A stretch of 38,398 nt of DNA from a virus: the IMG/VR virus record IMGVR_UViG_3300028677_000001. One strand, 5' to 3'. Both the position numbers and the translations under genes were made by a program. The notes beneath the pieces were generated by a model, which saw nothing but the letters and a program-made list of their open reading frames with translations, made no database searches and was not told the DNA's origin. Shown here in pieces: positions 15,192-22,647 of the stretch. Position 1 is the stretch's first letter. Every line of letters starts with the position of its first letter.

Positions 15192-15296
15192 GCAAATCCG
15201 CGTATAATATATTCTGGATAGGGAACCCACACACAAGGGGCGGGGGGCGCGGGATTGAAACTGGATTCCGGCCTGCGCCGGAATGACAATAAACTG

Positions 15297-17684
15297 TTAT
15301 CCCTCATCGCTCACTCCCAGGGTGATGCCCTTGACGTAATACTGGCGGACGCCGGCGACGGTAGGCCGGTAGAGCGCCAGGTTATTGACCGCGGCGTAAA
15401 GCTCACGGAAAAAATTGTCTTTATTGAGCGCCATATAACCGAACTTTTTGCAGTATTCGCGATAGGATTCGTAAAGCATGTTTTTATCCGCCTCTTTGTC
15501 CGCGCCGACCGTGCATTCATCCTCGACAAAGCACAACACCGGATTATTTGTCCGGCGGTAATCCATCATCAGTTCCTTGGTCTCATCGCACATCGTAAAC
15601 ATTTTCTGCTCGGTCAGGCGCTTGAGGCCGTGGAGCGCCCAGAAGAAAATTTCGGAAAGCTCCTCGGTCAGCTTATCAAACAGAAAAGGATCGCGCTCGG
15701 GATCGCCCTCGCGGAACTGGCGCTTGAACTTAATCGGCAGAAAGCGGCGGAAATAGCCGTGCGAGTTATCGCGCACGCGCGGCAGCAGATTGCCCGCGAA
15801 AGCCAACTTGCAATAAGGCTGAAACTCGAAATTGTTTTTGTGCTTGAAGGCGGCGTTGATTGTGTCGCCCGAAGTGATCGCCTTAAAATACGGCGAATCA
15901 ATCGCCGTGGCGCCGATCTCGGTGGAAATATTCAAGAGTTTATGAAAAAGCGATGAGCGGTGAAACTCGTTTTCCAGATCGGCAAACGATACGGCCGCGC
16001 AGTTTTCCTTACCGACCAACTCCTGCAGGATCTTCAAAAAGGTCGATTTCCCGTCCTCGCCGGGGCCGAGAAGAAACAGGCATTTTTCGTATTTGGTATG
16101 GCGCGTGAGACAATAACCCGCAAACTCCTGCGCCTGATTGATTGGACCGTCCGTCTGGATAGTCTGCCTGGTGAATTCTTCCCAGCGGGCGCAGCGATTC
16201 GGCGCTTCCGGATCGAGCGAAACCGGCAGCGCGTAGGTCGATAAAAAATCCGGATCGTGCGACGCCATCTCGAACGTGGCGACATTGAGCATGCCGTTCT
16301 GGATGCAGATCCAGTCCTCCCGATCGTTGAGGCGGCGGCCATGCGTGATAGTCGAAAGCATTTTGACCTGATAGACGGCGTCCTCTGCGCGCGATTTCTG
16401 CGATTCATCGCCCAGATGTTCGACGGCAATCTTGCGGACATGATCCTCGTCAAATACTTCCCATATCTTCCCGTTCCACTTGAAAATCAGGCCCGTCTCC
16501 GGATCGGATAACAGGCGCAGATCGGTGATGATGCGTTCGGCCAACAGCCGCGGTTTAAACGATAGCCTGTCGTTCACGCCGCGGGCGAAAAAGTCGCGGT
16601 ATGATATGGGCGCGTCCTCGCCCGCCGTCGCGCGCGGTTTTTCTTTATATGGATCGGTGGCGGAATCGTAAAGGGGCGCGGCCTGCATAAGCGCGTCAAA
16701 ATCCGCGCACGTTTTGCCGTGGCGGACAAAGAAGTCGGTCAGGTCCTGTCCGTGCTTGGGCGCGATTTTGCCGCCTTCCAGCATATACTCCGGCCAGGCC
16801 AGCAGGCGCACGGATTTGGCCGTGCCGATGAGCGATTGCGCGGCGTGATAGGCGTATTTTTGTCCAGGTTCGTCCGCGTCGTAGGCAATCACTACGTCGC
16901 GGCCTTTAAAATGCTTTTTATGTCCCTCCGGCCATTCGCGGAGCTTGGAGGTCTGCGTGATGGCGTTTAGTCCGTGTGACAGAGCGCAGAGCGTGTCGCT
17001 TTCGCCCTCGCATAAGACAATTAGGCCATCGGCGTGCGGTGTTGCCGGCAGCAGGCGCGACGCGCCCAGGCCTTCGGCAAACGAGATGATTTTAAATTCC
17101 TTCGCGCCCGGATGATACAGGCGGATATTAACCAGATTGTTCTTTTCATCGAAGATCGGAATGGCGATTTTTTCGAGCTTCTTGACATCTTCCAGCGCGC
17201 CGGTTTTTTTGCTGACGCGCTTCGTCTCCAGCCGCAAATCCAGTTTTTTGATTGTTTCCGGATCCCAGCCGCGCTCTTTTTGCAGTTTGGCGAGCATCGC
17301 TTCCGGCAGGGACGGAAAGGATTGCCACGCCTCACGCATGAGCTTGAGCATGGCCCGGCGTTTCTGCGCTTCGGGATCCTCCGGCTTGGGCTCGCCGCCG
17401 GATATCCCATGCGCTTCGCAGAATTGTTTGAACGCTTCTTTTTCGTCCGCGCCGGGGCAGTGGACATGCGCCCAGAGTTTTATCAGGTCGCCCGCCGCGC
17501 CGCAGGATAGGCAGTTAAACTGATCCTTGATGAAGTTATAGGCGAAAGACGGATTTTTCTCTTCATGAAACGGGCAAAGGCCGTGGATATTGCCCTTGCC
17601 GTCCGGCTGTCCCTTGACCGTGTATAATTCCCGCGCGATACGCGCGCGCTCCGCTTCCGATAAATGTTTTGACGCAAAAGACAT
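15297..17684 (-). CDS. Primase-helicase: CHC2 zinc finger plus Toprim primase fused to a P4/D5-type SF3 helicase
   Basis: CPFHEEKNPSF...CLSCGAAGD (CHC2 finger). VLCEGESDTL and IAYDADEPGQ (Toprim). LLGPGEDGKST (Walker A) in a D5/P4-like C-terminal half. Confidence 0.9.
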   Translation of the reverse strand: MSFASKHLSEAERARIARELYTVKGQPDGKGNIHGLCPFHEEKNPSFAYNFIKDQFNCLSCGAAGDLIKLWAHVHCPGADEKEAFKQFCEAHGISGGEPKPEDPEAQKRRAMLKLMREAWQSFPSLPEAMLAKLQKERGWDPETIKKLDLRLETKRVSKKTGALEDVKKLEKIAIPIFDEKNNLVNIRLYHPGAKEFKIISFAEGLGASRLLPATPHADGLIVLCEGESDTLCALSHGLNAITQTSKLREWPEGHKKHFKGRDVVIAYDADEPGQKYAYHAAQSLIGTAKSVRLLAWPEYMLEGGKIAPKHGQDLTDFFVRHGKTCADFDALMQAAPLYDSATDPYKEKPRATAGEDAPISYRDFFARGVNDRLSFKPRLLAERIITDLRLLSDPETGLIFKWNGKIWEVFDEDHVRKIAVEHLGDESQKSRAEDAVYQVKMLSTITHGRRLNDREDWICIQNGMLNVATFEMASHDPDFLSTYALPVSLDPEAPNRCARWEEFTRQTIQTDGPINQAQEFAGYCLTRHTKYEKCLFLLGPGEDGKSTFLKILQELVGKENCAAVSFADLENEFHRSSLFHKLLNISTEIGATAIDSPYFKAITSGDTINAAFKHKNNFEFQPYCKLAFAGNLLPRVRDNSHGYFRRFLPIKFKRQFREGDPERDPFLFDKLTEELSEIFFWALHGLKRLTEQKMFTMCDETKELMMDYRRTNNPVLCFVEDECTVGADKEADKNMLYESYREYCKKFGYMALNKDNFFRELYAAVNNLALYRPTVAGVRQYYVKGITLGVSDEG

Positions 17685-17745
17685 TGATAATTCCTAAAGG
17701 TTGAATGCCAAAATTTAAAAAGACATAAATTATTTACTGCCCGGG

Positions 17746-17834
17746 CCGGGGCATGTTTCTATCCCGGTATTATTTTTGTGAAGCTCGGCGTCAACCGCCC
17801 GGGCATGTTCTATTTTTTATCCGCCGGGCATGAC
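17746..17834. repeat. Three copies of a CCGGGCATG(T)T(T)CTAT-like motif upstream of the primase-helicase gene
   Basis: ccggggcatgtttctat (17746-17762), cccgggcatgttctat (17798-17813), and a partial gccgggcatgac (17823-17834) inside the 3' end of the upstream ORF. Confidence 0.7.
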
Positions 17835-18158
17835 CCGCGGATACTTGCCGGTTAAATATCGCCGGAAAAACTGCGCCCTGCCCATCGGCTGGGGCAATCT
17901 GGTTTTCCCTTCCCATATCCAGTAAGAATCCCGCCGCGTCGGACACGCCTGCAGGTGATACGTTGTGGCCGCCGGGGCGCCGGTCACGGAGCACTCAAAC
18001 TCCCTAACAATGACCTGCATGCACAGGTTCGGGCGGTCTGGACATGGTGTGTAATCTTGCTCCAAACGCTTGCGTTCTTTCCCCGCACGCATTTTGGCGC
18101 AAATCTCGTTAATCCTGCGCCGCTTTTTCATTTTGTAAGATGTGTGATAGTTCTTCAT
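17817..18158 (-). CDS. Hypothetical 113-aa Cys-containing basic protein, translationally coupled to the C5-methyltransferase
   Basis: ATGA start/stop overlap with the upstream methyltransferase gene. No motif recognised. Confidence 0.45.
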   Translation of the reverse strand: MKNYHTSYKMKKRRRINEICAKMRAGKERKRLEQDYTPCPDRPNLCMQVIVREFECSVTGAPAATTYHLQACPTRRDSYWIWEGKTRLPQPMGRAQFFRRYLTGKYPRVMPGG

Positions 18159-18751
18159 ATTCTTATGTTAGCCGCTTCCCAAATATGCAGTCCAAGCTCC
18201 GCATCTACACAATTTCTCAACACTTGGCGCTTGTTTGAAATCCGGCTGGCCTTCACCAAGTCAGCACCGTCAAAGTCCGATATTTTGTTTTTCGTTCTGA
18301 TCTCAGCCTTTCTAAAATCCCTTGGCTCTGCGCAGAAGTTCGCCCAGAACAGGTGCCTTTGCAGTTCAAAGGTTGGCTTAATCAGCGGCGGGTAATATGG
18401 TTTCACATTCTCCACGACCCATTTCCCAGCGAAATAGGTTTGCAGAAACACAATCAAACCGTACAACGCTGTCATATCGGGAATCACCGGCGCAAATCCC
18501 TTGCCAACCACGCCGACATTGTGGCGATATTGCCCGTGCGTCTGGCATGGCGGACTTGCCCAAATGAAGTCAAACTCGCTGTAGTGTTTTTGGACATATT
18601 CCAGTGCATCGCCTGTAATAGTCGTGTCTTGCGGAAACCGTTTGGCATACACGTCGGCAATAGCGGTGTCATATTCAACCGCCGTAATGTCGCAGCCTGT
18701 CCATAGTTCACGGTTGCCACCGATTCCGGCATATAGATTCAAACATTTCAT
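18155..18751 (-). CDS. Compact DNA (cytosine-5) methyltransferase
   Basis: LNLYAGIGG (motif I), ASPPCQ (motif IV catalytic Cys), VVENV (motif VI), LRNCV near the C-terminus (motif X-like). Only 198 aa, so the target-recognition region is very short. Confidence 0.8.
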   Translation of the reverse strand: MKCLNLYAGIGGNRELWTGCDITAVEYDTAIADVYAKRFPQDTTITGDALEYVQKHYSEFDFIWASPPCQTHGQYRHNVGVVGKGFAPVIPDMTALYGLIVFLQTYFAGKWVVENVKPYYPPLIKPTFELQRHLFWANFCAEPRDFRKAEIRTKNKISDFDGADLVKASRISNKRQVLRNCVDAELGLHIWEAANIRI

Positions 18752-18825
18752 AATCTCATACCTCCGCTAACAATCAGATTCAGCGGACGGAGTACCGCCG
18801 CTGATCTGGGCGTTATAATAAAAAA

Positions 18826-19614
18826 TTAAATACATTGTTGCTCGCCATACCGTTGTTTTCGGTGATGATCTTTAAACAAAATGCCTTGCGCCTCTGTTCG
18901 TTTAATCCATTCGTTTGCTTTTGCATAAAAATCTTTCTTAATCTCAAACCCAAACGCCTTGCGATTGCACTCAATCGCGGCGATAAGCGTTGATCCGCTT
19001 CCGGCAACGGGGTCAATTACAACATCCCCTTCATCTGTAAAAATTTGAATCAGTGTTTTAAGAAGGCCAACAGGTTTTTGTGTAGGATGAATTTTTTCAC
19101 TGTCTGTATCTTTGACCCAATCCATTACATTAAAAATCATCTTCCCGCCGTTATTAAACTTCGGCAGCTTGTTCCGGTACAGCAAGAGCGCGTATTCAGC
19201 ATTTCCCACCACGCGCATATTTGCCTTTAATACCTGGGCAGAAAAGTTTTTGCGGAACACAAGATTGATGTAATTATTTATCCCGTATTTTTTCGCCAAC
19301 TCAATCAAATAGAATTGCTGTTCAAATTCACAAAACACAATCATGCAAGGCGCGTTTCCTTTTTCTTTTGGCTCCGGCCTTAACATCTTGCTACAGAAGT
19401 GCATGAACTCTGCCGGTTTAAAATCCTTGTCGGTATCAAAAAAATTTTTCCCGGCAAGTTCGCTTTGGCCGTTTTTATTGTCGCCATCAATGTACCATGA
19501 AGGGTTTGAACCATAAGCGTTCTTGCCGACGTTGTAAGGAATGTCAGCAATAACAAGCTGCGCTTTCGGTATCCCGTAAACCTTAAAATTCTGGAAGTGG
19601 TCATTTATAAGCAT
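18826..19614 (-). CDS. N6-adenine/N4-cytosine DNA methyltransferase (beta class)
   Basis: VIADIPYNV (DPPY-type motif IV), IHPTQKP, VIDPVAGSGST (motif I). Confidence 0.85.
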   Translation of the reverse strand: MLINDHFQNFKVYGIPKAQLVIADIPYNVGKNAYGSNPSWYIDGDNKNGQSELAGKNFFDTDKDFKPAEFMHFCSKMLRPEPKEKGNAPCMIVFCEFEQQFYLIELAKKYGINNYINLVFRKNFSAQVLKANMRVVGNAEYALLLYRNKLPKFNNGGKMIFNVMDWVKDTDSEKIHPTQKPVGLLKTLIQIFTDEGDVVIDPVAGSGSTLIAAIECNRKAFGFEIKKDFYAKANEWIKRTEAQGILFKDHHRKQRYGEQQCI

Positions 19615-19648
19615 GTTGCAAAATTCCTTAAAAATATTTATAACAAAG

Positions 19649-19927
19649 TCAATCCACCTGATCGCTACGCTCCGGGTGATTTCTGTGTTGCACTTTGAAA
19701 AAAGCCTTAAATAACCGAGCCGAAAACAAAAAAAGCATTACCAGCACAAATAAAACAGCACACACAGGAATAACTATTGGCCAAAAAAGAATAGCAGACG
19801 GCAACGCTGCTGCTCCCCAACTTGCTTCATCGTTAAAAATTCCATACTTCGCCTGTATCGCACCAAGAACGAAAACTCCTATTATAATCCCCATAATCCA
19901 TACAAAACCTATTTGATTCTCTGTCAT
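19649..19927 (-). CDS. Membrane protein, 92 aa (3 hydrophobic segments)
   Basis: AAGGAGG SD. IGFVWIMGIIIGVFVLGAI, AAALPSAILFWPIVIPVCAVLFVLVMLFLF. Confidence 0.6.
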   Translation of the reverse strand: MTENQIGFVWIMGIIIGVFVLGAIQAKYGIFNDEASWGAAALPSAILFWPIVIPVCAVLFVLVMLFLFSARLFKAFFKVQHRNHPERSDQVD

Positions 19928-20006
19928 GTAAAAATCCTCCTTAAAATTAGATAACCTATCAATCCAGCCGGTCGCTGTGCTTTGGCTGTTTCTGTGTTAT
20001 GCTTTA

Positions 20007-20108
20007 TTTATTACCTAGTCTAATAGAGGCGTAATCATTACGCGTTTCCATATCGGATTCGTTCTTTAATTCCAGACCTCTTGTTTTTGCCTCAGTTGCA
20101 CTTCCCAT
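20007..20108 (-). CDS. Candidate 33-aa hydrophilic micro-ORF (below the track cutoff)
   Basis: GAGGAG, then 7 nt, then ATG at 20108: MGSATEAKTRGLELKNESDMETRNDYASIRLGNK. It lies in a gap otherwise free of ORFs. Confidence 0.3.
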
Positions 20109-20152
20109 AATTATTCTCCTCGGAAATTTTTTTCTCGACTCGCCTTTGGTGC

Positions 20153-20422
20153 TCATATTTCCCCCTCCAGCGCCGCAATGAATTCATCGCGGTCGATTTT
20201 TGGTTGGTGCTGTGTGGTATCGTATTCCGGGCGCGGGAAAAAGATACGGCCCAGATACTTCAGGATTGTCTCGCGCAGATAAAACGGATAATATCCCGTC
20301 ACCACAAACGGTCGTCCCTCATTTTCTTCTGCGAGAAAATTAATCACGCCGCAATCATAGTCTTTACCGTTCTGCCTAATCATTTTTCTCCCGCCGTCCC
20401 TCCAACCGATAAAAGTGGCCAT
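20153..20422 (-). CDS. Hypothetical 89-aa protein
   Basis: AAGGAG SD. No motif recognised. Confidence 0.5.
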   Translation of the reverse strand: MATFIGWRDGGRKMIRQNGKDYDCGVINFLAEENEGRPFVVTGYYPFYLRETILKYLGRIFFPRPEYDTTQHQPKIDRDEFIAALEGEI

Positions 20423-20439
20423 AAAAACTCCTTTCCTTA

Positions 20440-20643
20440 TTAGGGCATTTTTTTTATTTCAAAAGAATTGGGATATACTTTCCAATAGCCCCAAATTGCC
20501 TGCGGGATCACGCCACAACGCAGAGCCAACTGGTGCGCCATCCAGTATTTTGCCTGCTCCTGGGTGTAGGCCTCCGCGCTCTCGCGCAGAATTTCGCGGT
20601 TGATGTTAAAAATCCCGATATATTTATTTTTGGCTTTATCCAC
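20440..20643 (-). CDS. Hypothetical 67-aa protein (GTG start)
   Basis: GGGGGA SD upstream of GTG 20643. Trp/Tyr-rich. No motif recognised. Confidence 0.45.
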   Translation of the reverse strand: MDKAKNKYIGIFNINREILRESAEAYTQEQAKYWMAHQLALRCGVIPQAIWGYWKVYPNSFEIKKMP

Positions 20644-20645
20644 TC

Positions 20646-20756
20646 TTATTTCCCCCGAAAAATGAAGTATAGATATCCGAGAATAAGGACGGCGATGACA
20701 ATCATCACATCGAAAGTAAACTGCAAAGCAACGATGAAAAGGTGCGCCAGCTCCAT
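20646..20756 (-). CDS. 36-aa single-TM micro membrane protein
   Basis: MELAHLFIVALQFTFDVMIVIAVLILGYLYFIFRGK. Its ATG overlaps the stop of the upstream 62-aa membrane ORF (TGATG). The 79-aa track ORF's N-terminal part is Arg-rich and implausible. Confidence 0.45.
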   Translation of the reverse strand: MELAHLFIVALQFTFDVMIVIAVLILGYLYFIFRGK

Positions 20757-20944
20757 CAGCCGATTGCCTCCATAATAATAAAAGTGATCTGTGAAATTTT
20801 TAAATTGACGACCTGGCACAGCGACTTGATTTCCGGCGCGAAACAAACAATCAGCCCGAAACCGACCCAGACAAAAGCCAGGCATAGCGCCAACATGGTC
20901 AACGCCCGCGAGACGCTTTCCACAAACTCCTCAAACTTATTCAT
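20756..20944 (-). CDS. 62-aa membrane protein
   Basis: GAGGGAG SD. TMLALCLAFVWVGFGLIVCFA hydrophobic core. Confidence 0.5.
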   Translation of the reverse strand: MNKFEEFVESVSRALTMLALCLAFVWVGFGLIVCFAPEIKSLCQVVNLKISQITFIIMEAIG

Positions 20945-20955
20945 ACAACTCCCTC

Positions 20956-21150
20956 TTATTGCCGGACAATCCGGCCGCCCTTGCGGAAAAAGGCGTCCAG
21001 CATGGAAGTATCGCGACTCTCGACAATCTGGCGCACGGCTTCGCGCAGGGTGGGGCTTTCATGCCCGGCAGTTTCCCGCCGCAGGTTTTTGGCCTCCAGC
21101 TCGGCGATGCGCTTTTCCAATGCTTCGATTTTACGCCGCATTGCTTCCAT
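20956..21150 (-). CDS. 64-aa coiled-coil protein
   Basis: MEAMRRKIEALEKRIAELEAKNL heptad-like N-terminus. Its start overlaps the stop of the CII-like gene. Confidence 0.5.
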   Translation of the reverse strand: MEAMRRKIEALEKRIAELEAKNLRRETAGHESPTLREAVRQIVESRDTSMLDAFFRKGGRIVRQ

Positions 21151-21608
21151 TACTTGCCATCACGTTCGATATTTTTAACCAGCGCCATGATCGCGCTTAC
21201 CGCCGCGTAACCTTCCTCAATTATTTTTTCTCTTTCCGACGCGCTGATTTTGCCGTCAGCCATACTCGCGTCCACCCCGGCAATCATCTGACCGAATTCA
21301 CGTACTGTGCGCATCGTCAGGCGGCAAATATCGGAAATGCTGTTTTTCTTTCTGGGCAGTTCCACCGCCACGCGCCCCAGGGAATTTTCGATAAAATCAA
21401 GCGTGCAAAAATCTTTTGTCGCGTTGATCAGCGGGATTAATTTTTTAATAGGGAAGCGGCAACCGGTGCCGGTATCAGAATCATCGGCGTCCGGAAGCGC
21501 GGCGCGGGTGAGGTAGTTTTCGCTCATGTCTATCTCTTCGGCTATCGCCTTGAGCGGTTTTCTGTTTTGGTGGATCGTCCGGTATAAACAATCGCGCAGC
21601 GTGCTCAT
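21150..21608 (-). CDS. CII-like (CP76-type) phage regulatory protein
   Basis: Second gene of the rightward-equivalent early operon after the cro-like gene. KPLKAIAEEIDMSENYLTRA is an HTH-like segment, and the C-terminal ADGKISASEREKIIEEGYAAVSAIMAL resembles CP76-family CII proteins. Confidence 0.5.
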   Translation of the reverse strand: MSTLRDCLYRTIHQNRKPLKAIAEEIDMSENYLTRAALPDADDSDTGTGCRFPIKKLIPLINATKDFCTLDFIENSLGRVAVELPRKKNSISDICRLTMRTVREFGQMIAGVDASMADGKISASEREKIIEEGYAAVSAIMALVKNIERDGK

Positions 21609-21628
21609 TAAGAATTCCCTCCGAATTA

Positions 21629-21907
21629 TTAATTTACTGCTTTTGCTTTCCTTATTACCCTGGCATCATGAGAAGATGTATTGTTAGAGTTGCCGTTGCC
21701 AAAAAATTCCGGCCAGAAGATATCCGGCTTCACGTTGCAGGCGCGGGCGATTTTTTTCTGTGTTTGAGGGTCTTTGTCGATGCAGCATAGATAGCGATAA
21801 AGAGTTATCCGGGATACGCCGACGATTTCGGCCACGCGGCGCTGGGTCCGCCCGGATTTCATGATGAAAATTTTTCTGTTGATTATATTTTCTTTGTCGC
21901 TTAACAT
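21629..21907 (-). CDS. Cro/Ner-like HTH repressor
   Basis: RTQRRVAEIVGVSRITLYRYL is an HTH. It is divergent from the CI-like gene across a 66-bp gap. Confidence 0.65.
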   Translation of the reverse strand: MLSDKENIINRKIFIMKSGRTQRRVAEIVGVSRITLYRYLCCIDKDPQTQKKIARACNVKPDIFWPEFFGNGNSNNTSSHDARVIRKAKAVN

Positions 21908-21973
21908 ATGTTACCCTTTCGGGAACAGAGATAAACGAAATCGTGAACATTGTCAAGGAAAATTTATAAAAAA
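21908..21973. promoter_or_regulatory. Divergent immunity switch region (between the cro-like and CI-like starts)
   Basis: 66-bp AT-rich gap between divergent HTH genes. I could not define a clean operator palindrome by eye (only GAAC-containing half-site-like elements). Confidence 0.5.
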
Positions 21974-22438
21974 ATGAATTTAATTAACGAAATTGTTAAT
22001 AGATTAATGAATATAATGGGTTACAGCACTAAAAAAGAGCTGGCAAAAGCCATAAATATCAGCGCGCCAGACTTGAATAACCGAATAAAAAGCGGAACCG
22101 TAAAACAATTACTGATCGATCACGCAATTAACAATAACGTGAATATTGACTGGCTTTTGACCGGAAAAGGTGAAGCGACCGCCAGGCATAAAGTCGCCGA
22201 ACTTGCGCCCTTGTATGAAAATCCACCTTCCCGGCGCGTGATGGACAACAAAGAAATCCACATATCCGAAATAATACAAAAAGCGGTTTATATTATGGAA
22301 TCAAACACGCCGCACAAAAACGCCATCGCCATGGCGATTGAGGCCTGTTATCAATCCGTCCTCACGGATGAAAAAATCACCGAGCAAGAAAACAAAATCC
22401 AGCAACTGGAGGAAAAAATAAAACTACTTGCGGGATAA
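21974..22438 (+). CDS. CI-like repressor (Phage_CI_repr-type N-terminal HTH)
   Basis: MGYSTKKELAKAINISAPDLNNRIKSGTVKQLLIDHAINNNVNIDWLLTGKG matches the CI-repressor HTH family pattern (ends in WLLTG.G). The track ORF starts at a TTG at 21950; ATG 21974 is more likely. Confidence 0.75.
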   Translation: MNLINEIVNRLMNIMGYSTKKELAKAINISAPDLNNRIKSGTVKQLLIDHAINNNVNIDWLLTGKGEATARHKVAELAPLYENPPSRRVMDNKEIHISEIIQKAVYIMESNTPHKNAIAMAIEACYQSVLTDEKITEQENKIQQLEEKIKLLAG

Positions 22439-22509
22439 AGCCCGCCGGTCAACAGAGAGAGAGAAAGAGAAAGAAAGAGACAATAAAATAAAATAGCGGG
22501 GGGATAAAA

Positions 22510-22647
22510 ATGGAAGGATTTGGCTTTGGGTTAATATTTCTTTTTTTACTTATCTTCATTATCGGCGTGGCGATATCCAGATGGATTTTCCGCGTCAACG
22601 ATACCATCAAACGGCTTGATCAGATTATCGAGCTTTTAAAAAAATAA
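22510..22647 (+). CDS. 45-aa single-TM protein between the repressor and integrase (below the track cutoff)
   Basis: ATG 22510: MEGFGFGLIFLFLLIFIIGVAISRWIFRVNDTIKRLDQIIELLKK. Its TAA abuts the integrase ATG (taaATG). Same strand as the lysogeny genes. Confidence 0.5.
   Translation: MEGFGFGLIFLFLLIFIIGVAISRWIFRVNDTIKRLDQIIELLKK

Noticed and set aside
14987-15307. 106-aa and 65-aa minus-strand ORFs, and the start of a 233-aa plus-strand ORF, inside the gap after the primase-helicase gene.
   Set aside because: They have Cys/Arg/Pro-rich odd composition and no SD, and they are built from the GTCCGCC/GGCGGAC repeat field. The region is better explained as an origin/promoter region.
18781-18803. 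Hairpin CAGCGG-(9 nt)-CCGCTG between the two methyltransferase genes as a terminator.
   Set aside because: There is no U-tract on either strand and the stem is only 6 bp. It is not convincing as an intrinsic terminator.
19650-20003. Compensatory (covarying) stem changes between the two copies of the 45-bp repeat, which would suggest a conserved RNA hairpin.
   Set aside because: When the copies are aligned, the potential 4-5-bp stems are offset by one position. The apparent compensation is therefore not position-matched.
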